The notes below the pieces were generated by a model. The model worked only from the letters and a program-made list of their open reading frames with translations, was not told where the DNA came from and searched no databases. Of a stretch of DNA of 64,000 bases, positions 48,526-57,920 are shown one piece after another (positions within the stretch are counted from its first letter, which is position 1; each line of letters opens with the position of its first letter). The stretch spans positions 37,305-101,304 of the forward strand of contig NZ_CBDIBV010000007.1 in the NCBI RefSeq assembly GCF_965277155.1, read 5' to 3'. This stretch comes from Profundibacter sp. (GTDB taxonomy: Bacteria; Pseudomonadota; Alphaproteobacteria; Rhodobacterales; Rhodobacteraceae). A program made the position numbers and the translations under genes.

Positions 48526-49807
48526 GGGAACCTCTGTAAATTCCCGTTTTCGCCTTCTTCGCGGCGGGGTGGACGGTTTTTCGCCTGTCCCGCCTGATTG
48601 CTTCGGATCATAAACCCATTTTCACCGGTTTCAAGCCGGTTTTGGGTATTTCAGGCACACCTCACCCCATGAACCCTTATCCCGGCGCCGCCAGGCCGCA
48701 TTCGAACTGGACGAAGCGCTTCATGTTGTAGACCAGGTTCATCATCCCGATGCGAAATCGCGCCCGCTTCAGGCCGATGGAGCGGATCAGCTTGCCGCCC
48801 ATGGAGCGCTCCTGAAAAGCGAATACATGCTCGACCCGGACCCGCACTTTCGAGCGCCTCCGGTTGGCCTTTTGCTGGCGCTCGCCAAGCGGCTTGCCGC
48901 GCCTGCCCTTGTGATGGATATGGCTGTGAAGCCCCCGCTCTTCCAGCTCGCTTTCGATCTTTTGCGAGCGATAGGCGCTGTCGGCCCACAGGTCCGATGA
49001 GGTGTTGCTCGCATCAATCAGACCGGCAAGCGCCTGGCTGTCATGCACGGCGGCATCGGTGACATCATAAGCGCGGATGAATTTGTGCCGCCGGTCGACA
49101 TTGATGTGGTTCTTGTAGCCGTAATAGCTCTTGCCGTGCTTCTTCGTCCAGCGCGCATCCACGTCCTTCTGGCGCTTCTTGTGGGGTTTTTCCTCCCACT
49201 CTTCAGGCGTTTCGCCCGCCTTGATTTTCTCGTTCTCGTCCCTTTTGTTGTGCTGGCGCGGCGCCGGAACGATGCTCGCATCAACAATCTGCCCGCCCAT
49301 CGCCAGATAGCCCTTTTCGCGCAGAAAGGCATCGAACTTGTCAAACAGCTCCTTCATCTTCCCGGCCCCGGCCAGCCTTTCACGGTAGGCCCAGATGGTC
49401 TTGGCGTCAGGTACGCTGTCTTCAATGCCAAGGCCGAGAAACCGCATGAACGACAGGCGGTCGCGGATCTGATACTCGATCTGATCGTCAGAGAGGTTGT
49501 AGAGCTGCTGCAAAACCATCGTCTTGAATATCAGCACCTCATCCCAAGGCGGGCGGCCAGCGTTGGATTTGCGCTGTTCGGGCGGCGTGCGCCATATGGC
49601 CTTCAGCTCGTCCCGGTAATCCTCGAACGGCACCATGTCGTTGAGCAACACCAGCGGATCACCAGATTTGTCCAGTCCCGCGTATCGGCTGGAAAGATCA
49701 AAAAATCCCATCTGACCCATGACAAAACCCCGTCGGTCGAATCATTTTCATCCTGATGACGATTCTACCCCGTCAGGCCGGATTTTGGGGGATTTTTAGA
49801 GGTTCCC
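48526..49807 (-). mobile_element. IS5-family element type A, copy 2 (1282 bp)
   Basis: Same sequence and orientation as 20584-21865 (offset 27942). A possible 2-bp TA duplication lies at 48524-48525 and 49808-49809. Confidence 0.9.
48677..49720 (-). CDS. IS5-family DDE transposase (347 aa)
   Basis: Translation identical to 20735-21778. Confidence 0.9.
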   Translation of the reverse strand: MGQMGFFDLSSRYAGLDKSGDPLVLLNDMVPFEDYRDELKAIWRTPPEQRKSNAGRPPWDEVLIFKTMVLQQLYNLSDDQIEYQIRDRLSFMRFLGLGIEDSVPDAKTIWAYRERLAGAGKMKELFDKFDAFLREKGYLAMGGQIVDASIVPAPRQHNKRDENEKIKAGETPEEWEEKPHKKRQKDVDARWTKKHGKSYYGYKNHINVDRRHKFIRAYDVTDAAVHDSQALAGLIDASNTSSDLWADSAYRSQKIESELEERGLHSHIHHKGRRGKPLGERQQKANRRRSKVRVRVEHVFAFQERSMGGKLIRSIGLKRARFRIGMMNLVYNMKRFVQFECGLAAPG

Positions 49808-49987
49808 TAATGATATACGATCACACACAAGTATCTGCATATACCTTTGGTTTATGGGTGAAATCCCCCTACAATACATAAAGTTTGCCCCAAGAATGGT
49901 GATATTTACCTTTCCTTCATTCGCACGGGGTGATGTAACCCTAGAAACAATTTGAATAAGATTCGACGAAAGCAAGGGAGATCACGC

Positions 49988-50479
49988 ATGGCGGGTTCGG
50001 TTAACAAGGTAATATTGATAGGCAATCTGGGCGCTGATCCCGAGGTGCGCACATTCCAGAATGGCGGCAAGGTTTGCAATCTGCGGATTGCAACATCCGA
50101 GACATGGAAAGACAAAAACACCGGCGAGCGCCGCGAGAAAACAGAATGGCACACAGTGGCCATCTTCTCGGAAGGGCTGGTGCGGGTCTGTGAGCAATAT
50201 CTGAAAAAAGGCTCGAAGGTTTATATCGAGGGCGCATTGCAAACGCGCAAATGGCAGGATCAGTCGGGCAATGACCGGTATTCGACAGAAGTGGTTCTGT
50301 CCGGGTTCAACGGCACATTGGTTATGCTGGACGGCCGTAGTGGCGGCGGATCCGGTGGTGGCGGCTATGGCGGCGGTGATCAGGGCGGTTATGGCGGCGG
50401 ATCATCCGGTGGCGGCTATGACAGCGGCCCACAGCAAGGTGGCGGTGGCAGCAATATCGACGACGAAATCCCGTTCTAG
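49988..50479 (+). CDS. ssb: single-stranded DNA-binding protein
   Basis: 163 aa from [19 protein letters not shown], with an OB fold, a Gly-rich linker and the acidic tip DDEIPF. Confidence 0.95.
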   Translation: MAGSVNKVILIGNLGADPEVRTFQNGGKVCNLRIATSETWKDKNTGERREKTEWHTVAIFSEGLVRVCEQYLKKGSKVYIEGALQTRKWQDQSGNDRYSTEVVLSGFNGTLVMLDGRSGGGSGGGGYGGGDQGGYGGGSSGGGYDSGPQQGGGGSNIDDEIPF

Positions 50480-50502
50480 AAAACGGAAAAGGATTTTTTT
50501 AC

Positions 50503-50536
50503 AAAGGCCCTGATGAAAATCGGGGCCTTTTTTTTG
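50503..50536 (+). terminator. intrinsic terminator after ssb
   Basis: AAAGGCCC-loop-GGGGCCTTT followed by a T9-like run. Confidence 0.75.
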
Positions 50537-50550
50537 TTTTCAGGGTTTGC

Positions 50551-50626
50551 GCCGCCTGACGGCGTCGCCCCGCGCGCCCTGTCGGGCGCGTTTGCCTCCG
50601 GCGGAGGTATTTCAGGCAAGAAGAAG
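50551..50626 (+). repeat. GC-rich intergenic repeat unit (copy 3)
   Basis: GCCGCCTGACGGCGTC..CGCGCCCTGTCGGGCGCG..TTTGCCTCCGGCGGAGGTATTTCAGGCAAGAAGAAG. Matches 7025-7111. Confidence 0.7.
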
Positions 50627-50627
50627 A

Positions 50628-51740
50628 TTAGCGAGCGGCCAGAGCCTGCTCCAGAACGGCCCGTACCACGGCTTTATCCACATCGGATGTAACAAAAGCC
50701 TGCCCGATCCCGCGCACCATGATATAATGGATCGCACCATCAATCACCTTTTTGTCCTGCCCCATCAGGGCAATCAGCGCATCGGCATCCGGCAGATCCC
50801 CCTCAATATCCGACAGGTCGACCTTCATCCCCATATTGCGCAGATGGGCGCGCACACGGCTGGGGTCTTCCTGACTGCACAGGCCCAGACGGGCCGAGAC
50901 CTCGAAGGCCAGCGCACAACCGATTGCCACACCTTCCCCGTGCAACAGACGGTCGGAATAGCCGGTCGCGGATTCAAGCGCATGACAGAAGGTGTGCCCG
51001 AGGTTCAACAGCGCACGGTCCCCCTGCTCGGTTTCGTCCCGCGCCACGATGTCGGCCTTGGCCTGACAGGACCGGCGCACGGCCTCGGCCCGTAGGGCCA
51101 TGTCACCGGCGGCCAATGCAGGGCCGTTGATCTCCAGCCATTCAAAGAAATCCAGATCCCCCAGCATCCCGTATTTCACCACCTCGCCATAGCCGGCCAG
51201 AAAGTCGCGCGGGGTTAGCGTGCCCAGAACGCCAATATCAGCCAGCACCAGGGACGGTTGATGAAAGGCGCCGATCAGGTTTTTGCCCTGCGGCGCATTA
51301 ATGCCGGTTTTGCCGCCGACCGAGCTGTCCACTTGCGCCAGCAGGGATGTCGGGATTTGCACGAAGTGCACCCCGCGCCGCAGCACAGAGGCGGCAAAGC
51401 CGACCAGATCACCAATCACCCCGCCACCAAAGGCCACCACCACATCGCGGCGCTCGATCTTTTGATCCAGCAGCCATTCCACCGTGCGGGTGAATTGTGG
51501 CCATGCCTTGGTCGCCTCGCCTGCAGGCAGCACCAGTGACACCATGTCGATGCCAGCATCTGCCAGACCGGCGCGCAGGGTCTCCAGATGCAACGCGGCG
51601 ACGTTTTCATCCGACACCACCGCCACACGGGGACGCGCCAGCAAGGGGGCGATTTCGGCGCCAGCCTGTTTGATCAGCCCGTCACCTATCCGGATATCAT
51701 AGGCGCGATCGCCCAGTTCCACACGCAGGGTTTCAACCAT
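50628..51740 (-). CDS. aroB: 3-dehydroquinate synthase
   Basis: 370 aa with GGGVIGDL.GFAA, the GGKTGIN block and HGEAVAIG. Confidence 0.93.
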   Translation of the reverse strand: MVETLRVELGDRAYDIRIGDGLIKQAGAEIAPLLARPRVAVVSDENVAALHLETLRAGLADAGIDMVSLVLPAGEATKAWPQFTRTVEWLLDQKIERRDVVVAFGGGVIGDLVGFAASVLRRGVHFVQIPTSLLAQVDSSVGGKTGINAPQGKNLIGAFHQPSLVLADIGVLGTLTPRDFLAGYGEVVKYGMLGDLDFFEWLEINGPALAAGDMALRAEAVRRSCQAKADIVARDETEQGDRALLNLGHTFCHALESATGYSDRLLHGEGVAIGCALAFEVSARLGLCSQEDPSRVRAHLRNMGMKVDLSDIEGDLPDADALIALMGQDKKVIDGAIHYIMVRGIGQAFVTSDVDKAVVRAVLEQALAAR

Positions 51741-52298
51741 CTAATCTGCCTCCAGCACATCGGGGCGGGATTTCAGCGCATCCAGCACCGATGACGCCAT
51801 ATCGTTGATCGAATATTCCGCCCGCCCCTGCACGGCCAGATCGGCCTTTGCGTAAAGCGGCTCGCGGGCCTTGCACAATTCGCGCAGGGTTTCACGCGGG
51901 TTATCCGTGCGCAAAAGGGGACGTGTGTTTTTGTGGCGCACCCGTGCCCATAACAAATCCAAATCCGCCCGCAACCAGACCGCAATGCCCTTGTCAGCGA
52001 TGACATTGCGGTTCCGTTCGGTCAAAAATGCCCCGCCACCAGTGGATAAAATGCCTGTCTTTTCTTCAAGAAGTCGCGTGATCACCTCGGTTTCGCGGGC
52101 CCGAAAGAAGACCTCGCCATCGCGTTCAAACACTTCAGCAATCGACATATTGGCGGCCTTGACGATCTCGTCGTCGGAATCCAGAAACGGCACCGAAAGG
52201 CGTTCGGCCAGGGCCTTGCCGACGGCGGTTTTGCCCGCCCCCATCATGCCCACCAGCACAACCGTCTTTTTCAACACATATGACAAACCGGCAGTCAC
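51741..52298 (-). CDS. aroK: shikimate kinase
   Basis: 185 aa with Walker A GMMGAGKT, DSD and GGG motifs. Directly abuts aroB. Confidence 0.9.
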   Translation of the reverse strand: MTAGLSYVLKKTVVLVGMMGAGKTAVGKALAERLSVPFLDSDDEIVKAANMSIAEVFERDGEVFFRARETEVITRLLEEKTGILSTGGGAFLTERNRNVIADKGIAVWLRADLDLLWARVRHKNTRPLLRTDNPRETLRELCKAREPLYAKADLAVQGRAEYSINDMASSVLDALKSRPDVLEAD

Positions 52299-52439
52299 CC
52301 GCTTAATTCCTAATTATTTACATTCAATGGCGTGAAATTTCATAAAAGGCCATATATAAATCGGGCAAACTGCGTCATAATGCAGGCAAAACAAAAAGGC
52401 AGACGATAATGGGGCGATTGCTAAAGGCACTTATTTTCC

Positions 52440-53665
52440 AAGACCTCTGCATGAGGCCATGGCTTTCGGTTGAAGCAAGATTTCGGCCGCCCACCTTGCG
52501 CCCCTGCGGGTCCGGCGGACAGACGGGTGGCGGGGTTTGGGGCTATGCGATTGCGGGGGTTTGCGGGTTGAGGGTGATCCTGTTTGCGGCCTTGAGCAGG
52601 TTTTGCGCGATGGCGGCCATGACCATCTGGGCATGCACCCTGGCGCGCCCGAAATATCTCGCCCGCTGCAGGCCGAAGAGGCGTTTCATCGTGCCGAAAG
52701 TCTACTCGATGCGGAAGCGGCGTTTCGAAATCAGCCGGTTGAAGCGTTTCTCCGATTGCCGCAGGGGGCGGCCGCGCGCTGCCTTGCGCAGGATGCCGTC
52801 GCGGTATTTGCCGCGCAGCATCTGGCGGTTGGCCTTGCTCGCATAGGCCTTGTCGGCCAGCACCCGCTGCGCCTTTGCGCCCGCGATCATGGTGGCGAAT
52901 TCGGGGCTTTCGGCGGCATTGGCGGGCGTGGTGTGCACCTTGTCGATAAAGCCCTCTTCGTCGCAGCGGGCAAAGCCCTTGTAGCCGAGCGTGCTCTTGC
53001 GGCCCTTCTTGACCCAGCGGGCATCAGGGTCGGCGCTGAAATGCAGCTGTGCCCCGTCGGGTGAGACCTCGGGCGGATCATCCGGCGTCCCTTCCCTTGC
53101 CCCGTCCTCTGCCCGGTCCTGCGGGGCGTCGATATGGGTGCGCGGGCGCGCCGCCGCCGCGATCAGGGTCGCATCAATGATCGCCGCCTCAGCCTCTTTC
53201 AGCTTCAGCCCATGCGCCTCGATCTGGCGGCAGACCTCGGCCAGCAGCTCATCGTAAACGCCACCCCGGACCAGCGCATTGCGGAACCGGCAGTGGGTCG
53301 TCTCATCCGGCACCGACGCGTGCAGATCGAGCCCGCAGAACAGCATGAAATCCAGCCGCACCTTCAAGGCCCGCTCCAGCTTCGGGTCGCTCAGCCCGTG
53401 CCACTGGCCAACCAGAAGACACTTGAACAGAACCAGCGGATCATAGCCCTGAGGCCCGATCCCCGAGCGCCCCAGACCGCGCCGCAGGATCGGCAAAAAC
53501 GAGTTCCAATCCATCAGCGCGTCGATCTTCGACAGAACGTCATCCGCGCCGATCCGTGCCGCCGCTTCGTGCAGGAAAAGGTCCATCTATTCACCCCAGA
53601 GATTTCCCGGCTAGCTTACCAAAACGGCCAACCCGGGGGAATCCCGATGTTATGCAGAGGTCTTT
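52440..53665 (-). mobile_element. IS5-family element type B, copy 2 (1226 bp) with 4-bp target duplication TTCC
   Basis: Same ends as copy 1 (offset 23285). TTCC lies at 52436-52439 and 53666-53669. Confidence 0.9.
52543..53586 (-). pseudogene. IS5-family transposase with premature stop (Q295 to TAG)
   Basis: Single G to A difference from copy 1 at 52704 (29419 in copy 1), which turns CAG into TAG on the coding strand. The ORF ends after 294 of 347 codons. Confidence 0.85.
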
Positions 53666-53762
53666 TTCCTTCTTTTGCTGGGCTTTGTCGCCCTGACGGG
53701 CTATGCCTATCTGGGGGATATGACCCCCGAGGTAAAAGAGGTTAACCAGCCGGTTACACTGG

Positions 53763-55295
53763 ATGTCGAGTAAAAGGTTTTTCATTTTCACAGCCCTTGT
53801 TCTGGGCAATGCCGCGATTGCGCTGGCAGATGCGCCGCTTTCGGCGATTGACTGGCTGTCCGATACGGTGGCCACACCGGTTGTGATGCAACCGCCCACG
53901 GCCACGGATGTTACCCGCGATGCCTCGGTCGAGGATATCACCGTCACAACGCTGGATGGGCCAACGCCGGATGCGGTGGGGTTGTTGCCAGTGTCGGTTA
54001 CCGGGTTGCCGCGCAACTTCTGGGGCGCCACTCCCAGCGAGGAGTTGGCCAATCAGGTGCGGCGTCAACCGGTTCAAAGCCTGCCCGCACTAGAGGATCT
54101 GCTGAAAATGATCCTGCTGGCCGAACTGGATGCGCCACTGGATGCCGATGGCTCCGGCGCGCTGTTTTTGGCGCGGATCGACAAATTGCTGGATATGGGA
54201 TCACTGGATCAGGCGCAGGCCCTGCTGGAACGCGCGGGGCCGGACACGCCTGACCTGTTTCGCCGCTGGTTCGATGTGGCCCTGCTGACCGGCACCGAGC
54301 ATGCCGCCTGTGCCAAGCTGAAAGACAAGGCCGATATCGCCCCCACCTATCCGGCGCGGGTGTTTTGTCTGGCCCGCAACGGGGATTGGAACGCCGCCGC
54401 TGTGACTTTGGAAACCGCCAAGGTGCTGGGCTATATCACCAAAGAGGAAGACGCCCTTTTGGCGCGTTTTCTGGACCCCGAATTATTCGAAGGCCTACCG
54501 CCCCTGCCCGTTCCCAAACATGTCACGCCGCTGATTTTCCGCATGCGCGAAGCGATTGGCGAGCCGATCCCGACAGCCAACCTGCCGCTGGCCTTTGCCA
54601 ATGCGGACCTGCGCAGCAACACCGGTTGGAAAACCCAGATCGAGGCCGCCGAACGGCTGGCCCGCACCGGCGCGATTGATCCGAACCGCCTGTTGGGAAT
54701 TTATACCGAACGCCTGCCTGCTGCTTCGGGCGGTATATGGGAACGCATCGAGGCCGTGCAGCAATTTGATACCGCCATGTCCACCAACGACCCGGGGGCC
54801 GTGGCCACGGCCCTGCCCGCCGTCTGGCAAGAAATGCAGCACGCGCATCTCGAAGTGCCCTTTGCCACGTTATACGGCGAGCGACTGGAACGGTTACCAT
54901 TGCAAGATGAAGCGGCAGAACTGGCGTTTCATATCGGCTTGCTGTCTGCGGATTACGAAAAGGTGGCGGACCATTACAAACCGGTCACGGTGATGGACAA
55001 ATTTCTGGTGGCGATCGCGCAAGGGGACGTGAGTGGCGTGGCTTCGCCCGATGCCAAGGGCAATGTGGTGAAGCCCGCGTTTCAGGCCAACACGGCGCCG
55101 GTCGAATTTGCCCCGCTTCTGGCGGACAACCAGTTGGGCAAGGCGATATTGCAAGCCATCACCCTGTTTGCCCAAGGGGCGGATGGGGATCTGAAAGATG
55201 TGCGCAAGGCCTTGTTATTGCTGCGTTCTGTCGGATTAGAGGACACGGCGCGGCGGGCGGCGATACAATTGATGCTGCTGGAACGGCGCGGCTAG
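53763..55295 (+). CDS. conserved hypothetical secreted protein (510 aa)
   Basis: Signal peptide MSSKRFFIFTALVLGNAAIALA. The body looks helical and repeat-like. No family I can name. Confidence 0.65.
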   Translation: MSSKRFFIFTALVLGNAAIALADAPLSAIDWLSDTVATPVVMQPPTATDVTRDASVEDITVTTLDGPTPDAVGLLPVSVTGLPRNFWGATPSEELANQVRRQPVQSLPALEDLLKMILLAELDAPLDADGSGALFLARIDKLLDMGSLDQAQALLERAGPDTPDLFRRWFDVALLTGTEHAACAKLKDKADIAPTYPARVFCLARNGDWNAAAVTLETAKVLGYITKEEDALLARFLDPELFEGLPPLPVPKHVTPLIFRMREAIGEPIPTANLPLAFANADLRSNTGWKTQIEAAERLARTGAIDPNRLLGIYTERLPAASGGIWERIEAVQQFDTAMSTNDPGAVATALPAVWQEMQHAHLEVPFATLYGERLERLPLQDEAAELAFHIGLLSADYEKVADHYKPVTVMDKFLVAIAQGDVSGVASPDAKGNVVKPAFQANTAPVEFAPLLADNQLGKAILQAITLFAQGADGDLKDVRKALLLLRSVGLEDTARRAAIQLMLLERRG

Positions 55296-55299
55296 GCCG

Positions 55300-56229
55300 A
55301 TGGACGCCCGCCACTGGATCAGCACCTATCTGGACGCCCAAGCCGCCGAAATGGACGCGGCCGCCAACACCCAGTCCGCCTATGCCCGCGACCTGATGGA
55401 TTTTGCCGATTGGCTGTCTGGCAAGGGGCCGGATTTTGCCAGCGCCACCCGCGCCGATGTCGAGGGCTATCTGATCCATTGCGAGGCGCAAGGATTGGCC
55501 CAAGCCACCCGCGCACGGCGGCTGTCGTCGATCAAGGGGCTGTACCGGTTTGCATTCGAGGAAGGCTGGCGCGACGACAATCCCGCAATCCAGATCAAAG
55601 GGCCGGGGCGGGCCAAAAGCCTGCCCAAAACCCTGAGCATTGACGAGGTCGAAGCCCTGCTGACCGCCGCCCGCAGCCATGGGCGCAATACTTCGGACCG
55701 GCTGCGCAATACCTGCCTGATGGAACTGCTCTATGCCACGGGGATGCGGGTAACCGAACTGGTGTCGCTGCCGGTGTCTGCCGTGCGGGGTGATCCACGG
55801 ATGATACTGGTGCGCGGCAAGGGCGGCAAGGAGCGCATGGTGCCGCTGTCCCCCCCTGCCCGTGCGGCATTGGTGGCATGGATCAAACTGCGCGACGAAC
55901 AGGATGATGCGGCCCGCGCCAAAGGGGCTGCACCCTCGAAATTCCTGTTCCCGTCGCGCAGCAAGCTGGGCTATATGACCCGCAACCGGTTTTATCTGCT
56001 GATCAAGGAGTTGGCGGTGCATGGCGGCGTTTCCCCCGCCAAAGTCACCCCACACACCCTGCGCCATGCCTTTGCCACGCACCTGTTGGCCAACGGGGCC
56101 GATCTGCGGTCGATCCAGACGTTGCTGGGCCATGCCGATATTTCCACCACCGAGATTTACACACATGTGCTTGAGGAGCGGCTAAAGGAACTGGTGCTGG
56201 AGCATCATCCGCTGGCCAAGGACAATTAA
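55300..56229 (+). CDS. xerD: tyrosine site-specific recombinase XerD (XerC/D family)
   Basis: 309 aa with ATGMRVTELVSL (catalytic R), HTLRHAFATHLL and LLGHADISTTEIYTHV. Confidence 0.8.
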   Translation: MDARHWISTYLDAQAAEMDAAANTQSAYARDLMDFADWLSGKGPDFASATRADVEGYLIHCEAQGLAQATRARRLSSIKGLYRFAFEEGWRDDNPAIQIKGPGRAKSLPKTLSIDEVEALLTAARSHGRNTSDRLRNTCLMELLYATGMRVTELVSLPVSAVRGDPRMILVRGKGGKERMVPLSPPARAALVAWIKLRDEQDDAARAKGAAPSKFLFPSRSKLGYMTRNRFYLLIKELAVHGGVSPAKVTPHTLRHAFATHLLANGADLRSIQTLLGHADISTTEIYTHVLEERLKELVLEHHPLAKDN

Positions 56230-56321
56230 CCCAACCAAAGGCGGGGTGAACCCCGCCCTACGGACAGCCACTTGAACCGGCGCGCAACAAGCCCCATAAA
56301 GGCAGATAACCCCTTTTAGAT

Positions 56322-57638
56322 GTGAGAGAAATGCCCGAAACCGCCCCTTTCCTTGATACTGCCTTCTGGATCACCTCGGGCTTTATCGCCCTGTTGTTGC
56401 TGTTATCGGCGTTCTTTTCCGGCTCGGAAACCGCATTGACGGCGGCATCACGCGGCAAATTGCGCGCACAGGCCGACAAGGGCAACAAAGGCGCCAAACA
56501 GGCGCTGGATGTGACCGAAGACACCGAACGGCTGATCGGCGCGGTGCTGCTGGGTAACAATCTTGTAAATATCCTTGCGGCCTCATTGGCCACCGCCCTG
56601 TTCACCCGCCTGTTTGGCGAAAGCGGCGTGGCGTTGGCCACTTTGCTGATGACCTTCCTTGTGCTGGTTTTCGCCGAGGTGCTGCCCAAAACCTATGCCA
56701 TCACAAACCCCGAAACCGCCGCCGCCCGCGTGTCGCCGGTTATCCGGCTGGTTGTCAGCGTTTTTTCCCCCATTGTCAGCGCAATCCGCTGGTTCGTGCG
56801 CCTGATGCTGCGGCTGTTCGGAGTCAAGGTGGATCCGGACGGCCAGATGCTGGCTGTGCGCGAGGAAATCGCAGGGGCCATTTCGCTGGGCCATTCCGAA
56901 GGCGTGGTTGAAAAAGAGGACCGCGACCGCATTCTGGGCGCGCTTGATCTGGGCGAGCGCACGGTCGAGGAAATCATGTTGCACCGCTCGAAGATCGAGA
57001 TGATCGACGTTGCGGATGATCCGCAAGATGTTTTGGCGCAATGCCTGAATTCCGCCCATACCCGTCTGCCGCTATTCCGCGATGATCCGGAAAACATCAT
57101 CGGGGTGATCCATGCCAAAGACCTGCTGCGTGCCATGCACAAGTTGATGGTGCAAAAAGAGGCGTCTTTCGAAGCCCTGAATGATTTTGACGTTTTGAAA
57201 GTGGCCAAGAAACCCTACTTCGTACCGGAAACCACCACGCTGGACGACCAGATGCGCCAGTTCCTAAGGCGTCACGCGCATTTTGCGCTGGTGGTGGATG
57301 AATATGGATCGTTGCAGGGGCTGATCACGCTCGAGGATATTCTGGAAGAGATCGTCGGCGAAATCACCGACGAGTTCGACAAGGACGACGAGCCAACGAT
57401 CGGTAAATCCGACGACGGGGGATTCGTGGTCGAAGGCGCAATGACCATCCGCGATCTGAATCGTGCCACAGACTGGAACCTGCCGGATGAAGAGGCCATC
57501 ACGGTTGCCGGGTTGGTCATCCACGAGGCCCAGATGATCCCGTCAGAAGGCCAGGTGTTTTCCTTCCACGGGTTTCGCTTTGAAGTGCTGGAGCGGCAGG
57601 CCAACCGGATTATGAAGCTGAAAATCCGGCCTTTATGA
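56322..57638 (+). CDS. HlyC/CorC (CNNM) family transporter: DUF21 + CBS pair + CorC_HlyC
   Basis: 438 aa with 4 N-terminal TM segments, a CBS region and a C-terminal ..F.F.V.......I..L.I.. transporter-associated domain. Confidence 0.85.
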   Translation: MREMPETAPFLDTAFWITSGFIALLLLLSAFFSGSETALTAASRGKLRAQADKGNKGAKQALDVTEDTERLIGAVLLGNNLVNILAASLATALFTRLFGESGVALATLLMTFLVLVFAEVLPKTYAITNPETAAARVSPVIRLVVSVFSPIVSAIRWFVRLMLRLFGVKVDPDGQMLAVREEIAGAISLGHSEGVVEKEDRDRILGALDLGERTVEEIMLHRSKIEMIDVADDPQDVLAQCLNSAHTRLPLFRDDPENIIGVIHAKDLLRAMHKLMVQKEASFEALNDFDVLKVAKKPYFVPETTTLDDQMRQFLRRHAHFALVVDEYGSLQGLITLEDILEEIVGEITDEFDKDDEPTIGKSDDGGFVVEGAMTIRDLNRATDWNLPDEEAITVAGLVIHEAQMIPSEGQVFSFHGFRFEVLERQANRIMKLKIRPL

Positions 57639-57648
57639 TCACAGGCAG

Positions 57649-57894
57649 CTACTGTTGCTTCATGCGGTTTCTTAGGAAGAGCACCATGACCACAAGTCCA
57701 AGGCAAACCAGCAGCAGCGTGATCCAGACAAGCCCTGCCTGCTCGACATAGACCATGCCCGTTTGCGGATCATAACAACGCCCCAACTCGTTGAAACAAT
57801 CGCGCCACCGGTAATAGCGATCAAAATAGGCAAAGCCGAACAATGCGGCCATGCCCAGCAAGACCGCCAAGATAAGGTTGAAAACCACGGTCAC
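57649..57894 (-). CDS. small two-TM membrane protein (81 aa)
   Basis: Two hydrophobic helices flank a Cys-containing loop (RDCFNELGRCYDP). No known family. Confidence 0.45.
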   Translation of the reverse strand: MTVVFNLILAVLLGMAALFGFAYFDRYYRWRDCFNELGRCYDPQTGMVYVEQAGLVWITLLLVCLGLVVMVLFLRNRMKQQ

Positions 57895-57920
57895 GATGAA
57901 CGGAATTGAAAGGTGATCAA

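Larger units (their letters stand above)
52409..53773 (+). pseudogene. 44-codon single-TM small ORF split by IS type B copy 2 (52409-52439 + 53670-53773)
   Basis: After removing the IS and one TTCC the sequence reads MGRLLKALIFLLLLGFVALTGYAYLGDMTPEVKEVNQPVTLDVE*. It overlaps the start of the 510-aa gene by 11 nt. Confidence 0.35.

Noticed and set aside
50330-50460. The repetitive GGYGGG-coding stretch, considered as a tandem repeat or CRISPR-like array.
   Set aside because: It is the glycine-rich intrinsically disordered linker of SSB, in frame, and it ends in the conserved DDEIPF tip.
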